64,000 nt of DNA from Bacteriovoracaceae bacterium (GCA_965217035.1 OZ244226.1:1842146-1906145); one strand, 5' to 3'. Shown: positions 29,107 to 39,435, counted from the stretch's first letter. Numbers and translations: made by a program. Notes: generated from the sequence alone by a model not told the origin.

Positions 29107-29333
29107 AATAACCTCGTAAAGTGCATGTGATGATCTAGATCTCTTCGAACATGCATCGGGAAGCCATTGGCATATCTTCCTAAATCGTGGTCGCTATAAA
29201 CATGAGTTTCTTCTACTATTGGTAAATCAAGTTCGATTGCAATCGCCATAGCGGGGCGATTGGCATAGCCGGTATCAATATCGTGCCGAGCTTGAAGGTC
29301 GGTAAAGGTGAATCGTGGTCCTGTGACGTGCAT
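29103..29333 (-). CDS. Small His-rich hypothetical protein coupled to the kinase
   Basis: Stop overlaps the kinase start (ATGA); purine-rich RBS; TATAAT upstream on the minus strand. Confidence 0.55.
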   Translation of the reverse strand: MHVTGPRFTFTDLQARHDIDTGYANRPAMAIAIELDLPIVEETHVYSDHDLGRYANGFPMHVRRDLDHHMHFTRLL

Positions 29334-29481
29334 GGAAGGCCCTTTCCCCTGACAATAACTAATAAACCCACTGAGCCTCTATTATAGAGAGCATCTACAC
29401 TGAGCTTAAGAAGAATCGAAAAGCTCAGGTATTCCAAGAGGTTATGGAGTTTGATTTACTTCTAAGATAGAATAAAAAGCT

Positions 29482-30228
29482 ATGAAGATGACCATTATTA
29501 TTGCCATATTTCTCTCATCTCTAATTGCTTTAAATACTTCAGCGATTGAAGGGACATATGAACTTATTGTGAAAAAGAAGCAAGAGCAAAAGCGAAAGTC
29601 TCGATGGACTTTACTTGATTGGATGGCAACCAAAAGACGAATGGACCTGATGGATCAATGGTTGCTTTTAAATACTGAAGATAATTATGTTGAAGTTTAT
29701 CTCGATGCTGGACTTTCCTCTGTTGATGATGAAAGTTCCAGTCCTTATTACTTAGAGAATTCATTTCAACGTTATAAGTTTGGAGCTTTTGTACTTCCCT
29801 TTGGGGTTGAGTATCAAAGTTCAAATCTTGGTGAAGGTTCAAATATAGAATATCTCGCTTCTTTAAGACTTTTGGGATCAAGTCTTCAAACAACAAACCT
29901 TATAGTTTCTTATGGTCGGAATGTTCGCGAGAATGCGGTGGATGGCGATCTTAAAAATGATTTTTATCAAGTGAGATCAAATTTCTATCTAGCAGACTTT
30001 CTTGGAGTTTCAGGAAGTTTCAGAAAACTTATCGATAATAATAATGAAGCAGGGACCTTCGAAGTTGGAGGGACCAAAGTCGCTTATCAGGTCTTCGTTG
30101 AACTTGAATTATTACGCTTTTACTTTGAATCTTTTACCGAAACAAATGATTTAAAGTTACTGTCAGACGGTTCAGAATCTGAACGAGAAAATAAAGGAAC
30201 TCTGTTCGGCATTAGAGTCTTTCTCTAA
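29482..30228 (+). CDS. Putative outer-membrane beta-barrel protein
   Basis: Signal peptide, N-terminal helical segment, alternating beta strands, C-terminal GIRVFL. Confidence 0.6.
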   Translation: MKMTIIIAIFLSSLIALNTSAIEGTYELIVKKKQEQKRKSRWTLLDWMATKRRMDLMDQWLLLNTEDNYVEVYLDAGLSSVDDESSSPYYLENSFQRYKFGAFVLPFGVEYQSSNLGEGSNIEYLASLRLLGSSLQTTNLIVSYGRNVRENAVDGDLKNDFYQVRSNFYLADFLGVSGSFRKLIDNNNEAGTFEVGGTKVAYQVFVELELLRFYFESFTETNDLKLLSDGSESERENKGTLFGIRVFL

Positions 30229-30230
30229 AA

Positions 30231-31550
30231 CTATGGGCGTCTTAAGCGAATGAATCGACCATTTGGTTCGAAGTCTGGATAATCTACTTTTACCTTTCTC
30301 TGTGTAACCTTACCTCCAACAGTGACTTTATAAATGTAATCACCGTTTGGTAAAACTTTATAGAATTCTCCGTTTGAGAATTTAAACTTTCCAAGGTTTC
30401 TTGAAATTGGTTTCGTTTGGATGACTTCTACTTGTCCAGAAGTATTCTTATCATCGAAGTAGATCCCTGCTCCTGAATGAACAAGCTTTGCCATGTTCAT
30501 AAGAGATTGTTTGTTATCCTTATAGAACTTGCTGATGGTATTATAATCTGGATATTTAATATCCGAAAGTTCAACAGTGAACTGAAGATCATTATGCCAA
30601 TGATAACTCCAGTCTTGCATTCCACCATTAAGCTCATACCAGTCATACCCATTAGTAATTCCGTCAGCGAATTCAACACTATCTTTCATCGGCTTATTTG
30701 TTTTGGCATAATGTTTAGAAATTTTAATGATAAACTTATTAAGAGGATGCCTTCTTTTCGCAGTATCCCACATATAAGAAACACAGACGGCTCCACCATG
30801 GAAGTTTGCACTCAAAGAAAAATGCCTCTTTCTTTGCCACTTCATTATAGCTTGAGTTTCTGGTTGTCTTCCTGCTGTTGTGTTTTTATTGTCATTCGTC
30901 GAGAAGTCTGGAAAGTCTCGATTTAAATCTACTCCGTTCGCATTCCATCTCATTGGACGTTCACTTCCGTCAGGGTTCATAGAAGCGAGAATAAAAATTT
31001 CAGTATTATTGATGAGTTTTTTAGCTGATCGTTTCCCATCCTTGTAATCATTGAGAAGGTCTCTCATAAAAAGAATCATGAGTTCTCTTCCAACAATTTC
31101 ATCTCCATGCATGCTTGAGATATATTTAAATTCTGGTTCATTTTCATCAACTTCAACATTGTCAGATATTTTAATGACCCAAAGATCTCTTCCTTGAACT
31201 GACTTTCCGATAGAAAAAAGTTTCGTAATTTTCGGAAAATCCTTAGCGATTTTTTTTAACTTTGCTTCTATTTCTTCAAAGCTTGGATAAGAGGCTCTTC
31301 CTCCTGGAGAAAGAATTCTTTGTTTAAAAGCATCGATGTCCTTACTTCTTAAAAATTTTAATGTTCCCTTAGGCCCATAAACTTCATATCCCGCTTCATC
31401 AACGTGATCGACAACAATATGCTTGAATTTGAGGATTCTTTTAAGGTGTTTCTTAGTAGGGTCTTTAACAATAAGAGATTCAGCTAGTGGCTGCGATGCA
31501 TTAGCAAGCAAGCTGTTAAACCCAAGTAGAATTAGCAGTAAGAATCTCAT
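30231..31550 (-). CDS. Secreted zinc carboxypeptidase, M14 (carboxypeptidase D/E-like)
   Basis: EPEFKY..MHGDE, NPDG, R.NANGVDLNRDFP, SANFHGG, GITNG..WY...GGMQDW.Y and ELS..KYP. Confidence 0.92.
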   Translation of the reverse strand: MRFLLLILLGFNSLLANASQPLAESLIVKDPTKKHLKRILKFKHIVVDHVDEAGYEVYGPKGTLKFLRSKDIDAFKQRILSPGGRASYPSFEEIEAKLKKIAKDFPKITKLFSIGKSVQGRDLWVIKISDNVEVDENEPEFKYISSMHGDEIVGRELMILFMRDLLNDYKDGKRSAKKLINNTEIFILASMNPDGSERPMRWNANGVDLNRDFPDFSTNDNKNTTAGRQPETQAIMKWQRKRHFSLSANFHGGAVCVSYMWDTAKRRHPLNKFIIKISKHYAKTNKPMKDSVEFADGITNGYDWYELNGGMQDWSYHWHNDLQFTVELSDIKYPDYNTISKFYKDNKQSLMNMAKLVHSGAGIYFDDKNTSGQVEVIQTKPISRNLGKFKFSNGEFYKVLPNGDYIYKVTVGGKVTQRKVKVDYPDFEPNGRFIRLRRP

Positions 31551-31684
31551 ATTCCGTCCTTATAAATAATTTTTAGGGATTATAGGTTAGAGGTCAAACA
31601 TATGAAAGGGCTTTCTTTACATATAGCTAGCGTTGGATAAAATAGCCGCAATCTAAATGCGAAACGTCAATTAAGGAAGGAATA

Positions 31685-33877
31685 ATGGCCTCTCGAGTTA
31701 CTAAAACGGCTTCTAAAAAAACCAAGTCTAAAAAAAGCTTAGGAAAAAAAAATAAGAAACTCGAACTAGCTAAAAAATACGGCCTGGATAAGTTTGCTCT
31801 CCTTCAGATGTTAGAAAATGTTTTTCTTTCTCGTCGTCTCGATGACGCAGAAATCACGATGAAAAAACAGTCGAAAGCCTATTTCCAGATTTCTGGAGCT
31901 GGGCATGAAGGTATTCTGACGGCGATTTCAAAAGTTTTAAAGCCCGCTCATGATTTTTTCCTCTGTTATTATAGAGACCGTGCTCTTTGTCTCGGCCTTG
32001 GAGTGACTCCCTATGAAATGCTTTGCCAAGCGAACGGGAATATTGGAGACACGGCTTCTCATGGCCGTCAAATGCCAGCTCATTGGGGGAATAGAAAACT
32101 TAATATTGTGAATAAGTCTTCTTGCACGGGAACGCAGTTTCTTCAAGCAGTTGGTTTAGCTGAAGCAGGGCTTTACCTGAAAGATCGTAATATAAAAGAC
32201 GGTCCAGAATTTAATAAAAAAGAAATCGTATATGTCTCCTGTGGTGATGGTACAACTTCCCAGGGAGAATTTTGGGAGGGACTCACAACAGCTTGTGTGA
32301 ACAAGCTCCCAGTTATGTTTGTTGTTGAAGATAATGGCTTTGCCATTTCTGTTCCTGTTAGTGTGCAAACTCCAGGTGGGTCCATTTCAAAAGCTCTTGA
32401 TGAGTTTCCAGGTTTGAAGGTTTTTACTTGCGATGGAAACTGTCCGATTGAAAGTTATGCGACGGCCGTAGAGGCTGAAAAGTATCTAAGAGCAGGGAAA
32501 GGGCCGGTTCTTCTTCATGCAGAAGTGACGAGACCTTATTCTCACTCTCTTTCAGATGATCACAAATTTTATAGAACCGATGATGAGCTTCAAGATGAAG
32601 CAAAAAGAGATGTCATTAATTCTTTTCCAAAGTTTTTAATTGATTCGAAAGTTCTTACAAAAGCTGAAGTTGAAGCGTTAAGAGCTGATATCGATAGCGA
32701 TGTTAAAGAAGCGATGAAGCAAGCCATTGAAACGGAATGGCCTGATAAATCGACTTACGCTGATCATCTTTATTCGATGAGCGTTGATCCAACATCAACA
32801 GAGTTTGAAACGGAACCTAACTTTTCAGGAAAATCTGATGTTCCTATGGCAGGAGCGATTAATAAAACTTTAAAATCGGAACTAGAAAAAAATCCCTTAA
32901 TGAGAATGTTTGGAGAGGACGTTGCTGACTTCTCGGAGTTAGATAAAATGGAGAACGATTCTCTTGCAGGAAAAGGTGGTGTTTTTAAAGTTACTAGTGG
33001 TTGTCAGCGAGTTGGTCATAAAAATGGAATTACTGATCAAGTTTTCAATTCACCTCTAGCTGAAGCGAATATTGTTGGACGTGCAATTGGAATGGCAATG
33101 AGAGGAATTAAACCGGTCGTTGAAATCCAGTTCTTTGATTATATTTGGACTGCTTATATGCAGTTAAAAAATGAGATGGCGACGACTCGTTATAGAAGTG
33201 GGGGAGATTATTCTTGCCCGATGGTTGTAAGAGTTCCGATTGGTGGTTACTTGAGAGGAGGATCTATTTATCACTCTCAATCAGGTGAATCACTTTTTAC
33301 TCACATACCAGGTATCAGAGTTGTTTTCCCTTCAAATGCTCAAGATGCTGCAGGACTTTTAAGAACTGCTATTCGTTGTGATGATCCAGTTATGTTTTTA
33401 GAGCATAAGCATCTTTATTACCAAGGTTATAATAGAACAGCCGATCCAGGTGATGAGTACATGATCCCATTTGGAAAAGCTCGTATCGTTCGTGAAGGAA
33501 CTGAGGCGACGATTCTTGCTTGGGGAGCTCTTGTTCAGAAAGCTATTGATGCTGCTAAAAAAATTGAAGATGAAAGTGGAGTGAGTGTTGAAGTTATCGA
33601 TGCACGAACACTTGTCCCATTTGATATTGAAGCTCTTGTTGCTTCAGTTAAAAAAACAAATCGACTTCTTGTTTGTCATGAAGAGCATAAGACCTCTGGT
33701 TTTGCCGGAGAGATCATGGCCCTTGTTAATGAGCATTGTTTTGAATATTTAGACGCTCCTCCTATGAGGGTTGCTTCGAAAGATACACATGTTGCTTATT
33801 GTCCTGATCTTGAGGAAGTAATCCTTCCACAAGTTAGCGATGTTTATGAAAAACTAAGTAAATTATTGAGCTACTAG
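31685..33877 (+). CDS. 2-oxoacid (probably branched-chain) dehydrogenase E1, alpha/beta fusion
   Basis: GAGHE, YYRD, GRQMP.H, TPP motif GDG...N, HSLSDD, GEDV, EIQFFDY, HSQ and FLEHK. Confidence 0.92.
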   Translation: MASRVTKTASKKTKSKKSLGKKNKKLELAKKYGLDKFALLQMLENVFLSRRLDDAEITMKKQSKAYFQISGAGHEGILTAISKVLKPAHDFFLCYYRDRALCLGLGVTPYEMLCQANGNIGDTASHGRQMPAHWGNRKLNIVNKSSCTGTQFLQAVGLAEAGLYLKDRNIKDGPEFNKKEIVYVSCGDGTTSQGEFWEGLTTACVNKLPVMFVVEDNGFAISVPVSVQTPGGSISKALDEFPGLKVFTCDGNCPIESYATAVEAEKYLRAGKGPVLLHAEVTRPYSHSLSDDHKFYRTDDELQDEAKRDVINSFPKFLIDSKVLTKAEVEALRADIDSDVKEAMKQAIETEWPDKSTYADHLYSMSVDPTSTEFETEPNFSGKSDVPMAGAINKTLKSELEKNPLMRMFGEDVADFSELDKMENDSLAGKGGVFKVTSGCQRVGHKNGITDQVFNSPLAEANIVGRAIGMAMRGIKPVVEIQFFDYIWTAYMQLKNEMATTRYRSGGDYSCPMVVRVPIGGYLRGGSIYHSQSGESLFTHIPGIRVVFPSNAQDAAGLLRTAIRCDDPVMFLEHKHLYYQGYNRTADPGDEYMIPFGKARIVREGTEATILAWGALVQKAIDAAKKIEDESGVSVEVIDARTLVPFDIEALVASVKKTNRLLVCHEEHKTSGFAGEIMALVNEHCFEYLDAPPMRVASKDTHVAYCPDLEEVILPQVSDVYEKLSKLLSY

Positions 33878-33886
33878 AGGTATAAA

Positions 33887-34255
33887 ATGAAACTTCTTCT
33901 TGTCTTGGCCTTCTTTTCTTTCAATGCAGTTGCTCTCGATCAAACCTTCTATTGTGAGTCTGAAGCTATTTTAAAGATGAACTTTATGGGAAGCTTAAAG
34001 GATGGGAAGTTAGCAAGTGATATCATCGTAGATATTGAAGATTCTGCTTTCTTTGTCAAACTAGAAGACGTGAAAGAGTTTTGGAATAAAGAAGGAAATA
34101 AAGGTCATGAATTTGGTTTCCTTGTTGATGAAAAGACTACAAATTATTGGATTGATCTCCAGGTTATAGATTCCGAGGGCAAAGTCAGCACTGATTATCG
34201 AGGGATTACACTTGATAATAATAATGTTTACTGTGAGTTTAAATCCTTATTATAA
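33887..34255 (+). CDS. Hypothetical secreted protein
   Basis: GAGG SD; signal peptide MKLLLVLAFFSFNAVA. Confidence 0.75.
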   Translation: MKLLLVLAFFSFNAVALDQTFYCESEAILKMNFMGSLKDGKLASDIIVDIEDSAFFVKLEDVKEFWNKEGNKGHEFGFLVDEKTTNYWIDLQVIDSEGKVSTDYRGITLDNNNVYCEFKSLL

Positions 34256-34956
34256 AACTGAGTATAATGGGCTGTCGCTAATGCTGGAATAAAAAGATTG
34301 AGAAGCGGGATATTAATAAAAAAGAAATAAAGCGCTCCTGCTGTTAAATAGTGCCAAATACTCTTTGTGACATCAGCGACACAACTTCTAAAAGGAAGAT
34401 TGTGACGAGACCAAGTGTAATCAACAAACTGAATTGAAACCAATAAAAAAGTCAGAGCAAAAGCAAAAGGTGTGAGAATTGGAATATAGCCAAAGACTAA
34501 GGCGAGTAAGGTGAGAATTCCAATAAACATAATCTTCTTAAATTCATTGAAAATGGTAAAAAACATTCGCGATAAAAGTTTAGAAAAGTTTTTACCTAGG
34601 CTATCAAGTTGAGTTCTTTTCATCTTTTTTTCAATCCTTTCACTAATAAGATCGTTGAAAGGACTGGCAATCGCCGAAACAATGAGAACAAATGTCCAGT
34701 TCACTAAAAAGAAACAAAGAATAGTAAGGATAATTTTTACGAGCCAGTAAATAATATCAAGCCAAATAGAATTAGAGGTTGCGAGTCCTTCAAGATATCC
34801 TTTAAGCCAACCCATCACGAAATCATAGAGATGATAAAATCCATAGGAATATATTGCGATTCCAATGGTGACAGGAATTAATGTGAAGACGAGATTAACT
34901 GGATCTTTAAAAATATAGCTGAAGCTTCTTTTGAATAGTGTGATGACATTTCCCAT
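34228..34956 (-). CDS. EI24/CysZ-family membrane protein
   Basis: Multiple TM segments; IASPFNDLISERIEK and IPLLN motifs. Confidence 0.8.
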   Translation of the reverse strand: MGNVITLFKRSFSYIFKDPVNLVFTLIPVTIGIAIYSYGFYHLYDFVMGWLKGYLEGLATSNSIWLDIIYWLVKIILTILCFFLVNWTFVLIVSAIASPFNDLISERIEKKMKRTQLDSLGKNFSKLLSRMFFTIFNEFKKIMFIGILTLLALVFGYIPILTPFAFALTFLLVSIQFVDYTWSRHNLPFRSCVADVTKSIWHYLTAGALYFFFINIPLLNLFIPALATAHYTQFYNKDLNSQ

Positions 34957-35367
34957 TTAATAAGGATAGTTAGTGAATCTGAATTGGTAAAGACTATCAA
35001 AACTATTTAGTTCAGAAGCGTCTTCAGGGATAGAGAAAGCAAGTTTCTTGAATTGCTTCCAATCAAGAAAGCGATAAACGAGATCTGTTAAAATATTTTG
35101 GTCTTCGCATCGTTGAAACTTCTCTTTTGCTTTTTTTAACTGACTGAGCGCACCAGTGAGGTTTTTATTATCAATATGATAGAGAGAGTTAGCGACTTGA
35201 ATAATGGCCCAATAGACATTTCGAGCGGGATCATTTCTTTCTTCGATCCAGATATCTTCAAGAAGTTCATGGCATTCCCAATAGTTTTGTTTATTAAAAG
35301 AATGAATTCCTTCTTTGACTTTTTTAAGATGCTCGGGACCGAAAGTTCCGAAAGGAAACTCCTTCAT
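34957..35367 (-). CDS. DUF309 family protein
   Basis: G...FN...YWECHE.LE.IW and IIQVA..LYH motifs. Confidence 0.85.
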   Translation of the reverse strand: MKEFPFGTFGPEHLKKVKEGIHSFNKQNYWECHELLEDIWIEERNDPARNVYWAIIQVANSLYHIDNKNLTGALSQLKKAKEKFQRCEDQNILTDLVYRFLDWKQFKKLAFSIPEDASELNSFDSLYQFRFTNYPY

Positions 35368-36134
35368 TAAATTCCTATGATGGAGAGACCGGAGTCGACA
35401 TAAAGAATCTCACCTGTAACTCCAGAAGAGAGTTCACTTCCTAAGTAGATCGCTGTTTTTGCAACATCATCTTGAGTGACATTTTGTTTAAGAGCAGACT
35501 TCTCTGCTGTGTATTTTAACTTATCTCTTAAACCTCCTACGGCAGAAGCAGCGAGAGTTTTTATTGGACCTGCTGAGATTGCATTGACTCTTACTTTTTG
35601 CTCTCCAAGATCATAGGCGAGATAACGCATGCTTGATTCAAGTGCCGCTTTAGCGACACCCATGACATTATAGCCAGGAATAACTTGTTGAGATCCATGA
35701 TAAGTCATTGTCATGATAGAGCTATTTTCGACAAGTAAAGGTTTTAAGCTTCGAGTAACAGCAACAAGAGAGTAAGCAGAAACGTTCATGGCCGTTAAAA
35801 AACCTTCACGTGAAGTTTGAACAAAAGGGTTTTTTAAATCTTCTCTTTCAGCATAGGCGAGAGAGTGTACGATAATATCAATTTTGTCCCAATGTTGGTT
35901 GATAACCTTAGGGAGACTAGAAATATGATCGTCGTCAGTAACATCGAGTTCAAAAGTAAAATCAGCCTTGATTTCTTCTGCTAAGGGTTCAACTCTTTTT
36001 TTCAAAGCGTCATTGAGGTAGCTCATGGCAATTGACGCACCTTCTTTTTTGAAATACTGAGCTATTGCCCAAGCAATAGACCGTTCGTTTGCCACACCGA
36101 GAATTAAAGCTTTTTTACCTTGCAAAATACCCAT
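35367..36134 (-). CDS. fabI: Enoyl-ACP reductase
   Basis: GVANERSIAW.IA, SAYS, YNVMGVAKAALE and NAISAGPIKTLA. ATG 36134 follows AAGGTGA. Confidence 0.96.
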   Translation of the reverse strand: MGILQGKKALILGVANERSIAWAIAQYFKKEGASIAMSYLNDALKKRVEPLAEEIKADFTFELDVTDDDHISSLPKVINQHWDKIDIIVHSLAYAEREDLKNPFVQTSREGFLTAMNVSAYSLVAVTRSLKPLLVENSSIMTMTYHGSQQVIPGYNVMGVAKAALESSMRYLAYDLGEQKVRVNAISAGPIKTLAASAVGGLRDKLKYTAEKSALKQNVTQDDVAKTAIYLGSELSSGVTGEILYVDSGLSIIGI

Positions 36135-36179
36135 ATTTATCACCTTTTGATAGTATTGGGGTCATTCTAGCAATAAAAG

Positions 36180-37331
36180 GTGAACTTCGTGAATGCCAAT
36201 GTTATTAAAAAATTAGTCCCAGATTACTTAAGAGAATTACAAACTTATAAAGCGGGTAAGCCTATTGAAGAGCTCGCGAGAGAAAAAGGTCTCAAAAGAA
36301 TTTCAAAACTTGCCAGTAATGAAAATCCTTTTGGTCCTTCTCCTTATGCGATTCGATCCATGACTCAAACTCTTTGGGATCTTCATCGTTATCCGGATAT
36401 GCATGCTTTTAAATTAATTAACAAACTCTGTGAACTTTATTCACTTAAACCAGAAAATATTATTCTTGGAAATGGAAGTGAGGGGATTATGGCTTATATT
36501 GCTCGAGCCTTTATTCAGCCGGGTGAAGAGGTTCTTACTTCTGAAAATACATTCATTGGTTTCTTTATTACGGCTGAAAGTGTTGGAGCTAAACTTGTGA
36601 AGGTTCCGATGACTCCGGACTATCGCTTTGATATCAAGGCCATTGCTGAAAATATTACGGAAAAAACGAAGGTCATTTATATTGCTAACCCAAATAATCC
36701 AACAGGGACTTATATCACCAAAGAAGAATTCGATTATTTGATGGAGCGAGTTCCTGGTCATGTTATTGTCATTATTGATGAAGCTTATTATGAGTTTGCA
36801 GCGAAAGCAGCAACAGATTATCCAGATACCATGGATTATCGTTTTGATAACGTGATCACGTTAAGAACTTTTTCAAAGGCCTATGGTATTGCTGGAATCC
36901 GATGTGGTTATGGTTTTGCTCATGAAGACTTTATTGCGAACTTGAAAAAAGTAAAACTTCCCTTTGAGCCAAACCGATTAGCTCAAATCGGAGCGCTTGG
37001 CGCTCTAGAAGATCAACCTCATTTAAGAAGAACTTTGAGAAAAACAACTCGTCTTTATACGAAGACAATGGAATATCTTATAGAAAAAGGTTTCAAGCCA
37101 ATCCAATCAGTTACAAATTTTATCTCTTTTAATGTTGGCTCGAAAGAAGCAGCTGCTTATATGTTCAGTGCTCTTCTGGATGAAGGGGTTATCGTTAGAG
37201 ATCTGGTAGGTAATGCAATGCCTGGGTTTATTAGAATTTCAATCGGAACTGACGATGAAATGGATCATTATTTTGAAGCGATGGAGAAAATCCTTCCTGC
37301 TTATGATGAAAAGTTTGGGAGAGTGGAATGA
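36180..37331 (+). CDS. hisC: HisC-family (class I/II) PLP aminotransferase, probably an aromatic aminotransferase by context
   Basis: KLASNENP.G, RYPD, GNGS, NPNNPTG, DEAY and RTFSKAYG.AG.R. The real start may be GTG 36189. Confidence 0.85.
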   Translation: MNFVNANVIKKLVPDYLRELQTYKAGKPIEELAREKGLKRISKLASNENPFGPSPYAIRSMTQTLWDLHRYPDMHAFKLINKLCELYSLKPENIILGNGSEGIMAYIARAFIQPGEEVLTSENTFIGFFITAESVGAKLVKVPMTPDYRFDIKAIAENITEKTKVIYIANPNNPTGTYITKEEFDYLMERVPGHVIVIIDEAYYEFAAKAATDYPDTMDYRFDNVITLRTFSKAYGIAGIRCGYGFAHEDFIANLKKVKLPFEPNRLAQIGALGALEDQPHLRRTLRKTTRLYTKTMEYLIEKGFKPIQSVTNFISFNVGSKEAAAYMFSALLDEGVIVRDLVGNAMPGFIRISIGTDDEMDHYFEAMEKILPAYDEKFGRVE

Positions 37332-38341
37332 AAGTTTGCACTTATAAGAGAGAAACAGCCCTGGGGACCTTTGAAAGATTAGGTGTCTTTTATAATGCGA
37401 GTACGGTTATTGATATAAACCTTCTTTGGAAGGCGAAGTTCGAAGATGAGAATCATTTTGGAGCAAGTGAGAAGGCTAATCGCTATGCACCTTCAAAATT
37501 ATCAGAATTATTGAAAACAAATAATAATGCGATTTCTTTTCTTAAAGAGTCGATTGATCTTTTTGAACAATTGAGTAAAAAAGGACTACTCCATACTCAA
37601 GACAAAGGTTATTTTTCATTTGATCTTCGAGATGACCAATCAGTAAAACTTACAACTCCAATTGATCAAATTAATTGCTATCGAGATTTTTATATTCATG
37701 AAAAGCATGTCAAAAAAGGCTTTGAAAAAAGAAATGAACCTATGCCTGAAGCTTGGTATGAAATGCCGGTTTTTTATAAAGGCCCGACGACAAGCTTTAT
37801 TGGAACAGATGAGTTGATTCCTTGGCCTAGTTTTACCAAGAAGCTTGATTATGAGCTAGAGCTTGGAGCGATTATTGGAGCTCAAGGAAAAAATATTAAA
37901 GAAGAGAAGGCTTACAATCATATTTTTGGTTATACAATTCTTAATGATGTTTCGGCTCGTGATATTCAGAAAAAAGAAATGTCAGTGCGTCTTGGACCTG
38001 CAAAAGGGAAAGATTTTTGTTCAGTTATAGGTCCAGTTATTGTAACGGCTGATGAGTTTGCAGGAAAAGAACCTAATCTTAAAATGAGTGCCAGAATTAA
38101 TGAACAAGAATGGTCGAAAGGAATGAGTGGTGATGCTAACTTTACGTGGGCACAAATTATTACTCATCTAACAAAGGATGAATGGATTTATCCAACAGAT
38201 TTTCTAGGGAGCGGAACCGTTGGTACAGGTTGTGGTCTTGAGTTAGACAAATGGATTCAACCGGGTGATTTGGTTGAGCTTGAAATTGAAAAAATAGGTA
38301 TTTTAAAAAATATCGTTGGGACTCCCAACAAAGAGGCATAA
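37328..38341 (+). CDS. Fumarylacetoacetate hydrolase family protein
   Basis: RDFY..E.H, P.FYKG, LDYELELG, GYTILND.SARD.Q, KGKDF and GSGTVG.G. Confidence 0.92.
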   Translation: MKVCTYKRETALGTFERLGVFYNASTVIDINLLWKAKFEDENHFGASEKANRYAPSKLSELLKTNNNAISFLKESIDLFEQLSKKGLLHTQDKGYFSFDLRDDQSVKLTTPIDQINCYRDFYIHEKHVKKGFEKRNEPMPEAWYEMPVFYKGPTTSFIGTDELIPWPSFTKKLDYELELGAIIGAQGKNIKEEKAYNHIFGYTILNDVSARDIQKKEMSVRLGPAKGKDFCSVIGPVIVTADEFAGKEPNLKMSARINEQEWSKGMSGDANFTWAQIITHLTKDEWIYPTDFLGSGTVGTGCGLELDKWIQPGDLVELEIEKIGILKNIVGTPNKEA

Positions 38342-38343
38342 TT

Positions 38344-39435
38344 ATGGAAAGCTTTAAGAGTAGTGGTCAGGTGACAAAACAAGCCCATGTTCATATTCCT
38401 GATGGGCATTATGAAGAAGAGCACGGAAGAAAAGGATTCTTTGGGCGAGTCAGTCATCTTTATCACCAAAACCCTCTCACAAATTGGACCAATATTGAAG
38501 GTGACTTAAAACCTCGTAATTTACCTTCATTGTTTGATCTGCCAGAACTTCAAGAAACTGATCAAACGGTTTTATATAATAACGATGTTCGAATAAATAT
38601 GGGTACTTTTTCAAAAACAGTTGAAAACTATTTAAGAAATGCTGATTTTGATGAGATGTATTTTATTCATGAAGGAGAGGGGCGCTTTGAAACTGTTTAT
38701 GGTCATGTTCCTTATACAAAAGGCGACTACATTATCATGCCTCGAGGAACAACTTATAAAGTTTTTGTGGATAAGAAAACAAAGCTTTTAAACATTGAGT
38801 CTGCTTCTGAGTTTGAAGAGCCTGATAGAGGGATGCTAGGACCTAATGCTCTCTATGATCAAACGGCCATCTTTACTCCTGAAGCAGCCAACGGAAGTGA
38901 ACAAGGAAAATCAGAATATATTGTTCAAATTAAACGCGAAGGAAAGATGACTTATATCACTTACCCAAACAATCCTTTAGATGTTTCTGGTTGGAAAGGA
39001 TCAGTTTATCCATGGCGTTTATCGATTTATGATTATTGTCCTGTTAACAGTCATCGTTATCATATTCCTCCATCAGGTCATACGACTTTTGTTTGCAGGA
39101 ATTTTGTTATTTGTTCTTTTGTTGAAAGACCACTTGAGAGCACAGAGCATGGAGTTTTGAAAGTACCTTTTTATCATTCGAATATAGATTTCGATGAGGT
39201 TCTTTTTTATCACGAAGGAAACTTCTTCAGTAGGGATGGAATTGAATCAGGGGCAATCACTTTTCATCCCCAAGGTGTTCATCATGGACCACATCCGAAG
39301 GCCTTTGAAAAGGCAAATGAGAAAGAATGGACTGATGAATTCGCAGTTATGATTGATACCCGATACCCTTTAAAGCGAACAGATATCTTTGAAAAATTTG
39401 AAAATAAAGATTACTGGAAAAGTTGGATGTCATGA
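38344..39435 (+). CDS. hmgA: Homogentisate 1,2-dioxygenase
   Basis: EE..G..GF.G...LYH, RNAD.DE..F.H.G, PLDV.GW.G, HIPPS.H, VPFYHSN, HP.G..HGP and AVMIDT. Confidence 0.93.
   Translation: MESFKSSGQVTKQAHVHIPDGHYEEEHGRKGFFGRVSHLYHQNPLTNWTNIEGDLKPRNLPSLFDLPELQETDQTVLYNNDVRINMGTFSKTVENYLRNADFDEMYFIHEGEGRFETVYGHVPYTKGDYIIMPRGTTYKVFVDKKTKLLNIESASEFEEPDRGMLGPNALYDQTAIFTPEAANGSEQGKSEYIVQIKREGKMTYITYPNNPLDVSGWKGSVYPWRLSIYDYCPVNSHRYHIPPSGHTTFVCRNFVICSFVERPLESTEHGVLKVPFYHSNIDFDEVLFYHEGNFFSRDGIESGAITFHPQGVHHGPHPKAFEKANEKEWTDEFAVMIDTRYPLKRTDIFEKFENKDYWKSWMS

Noticed and set aside
29103..29333. RiPP precursor for the nearby radical SAM enzyme
   Set aside because: The enzyme is TIGR03960-type with no evident SPASM or RRE domain, lies on the opposite strand, and the ORF is coupled to the kinase instead.
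35804..35815. parS-like palindrome CTTCACGTGAAG
   Set aside because: Only the central 10 of 16 positions match TGTTTCACGTGAAACA, and it lies within fabI codons.
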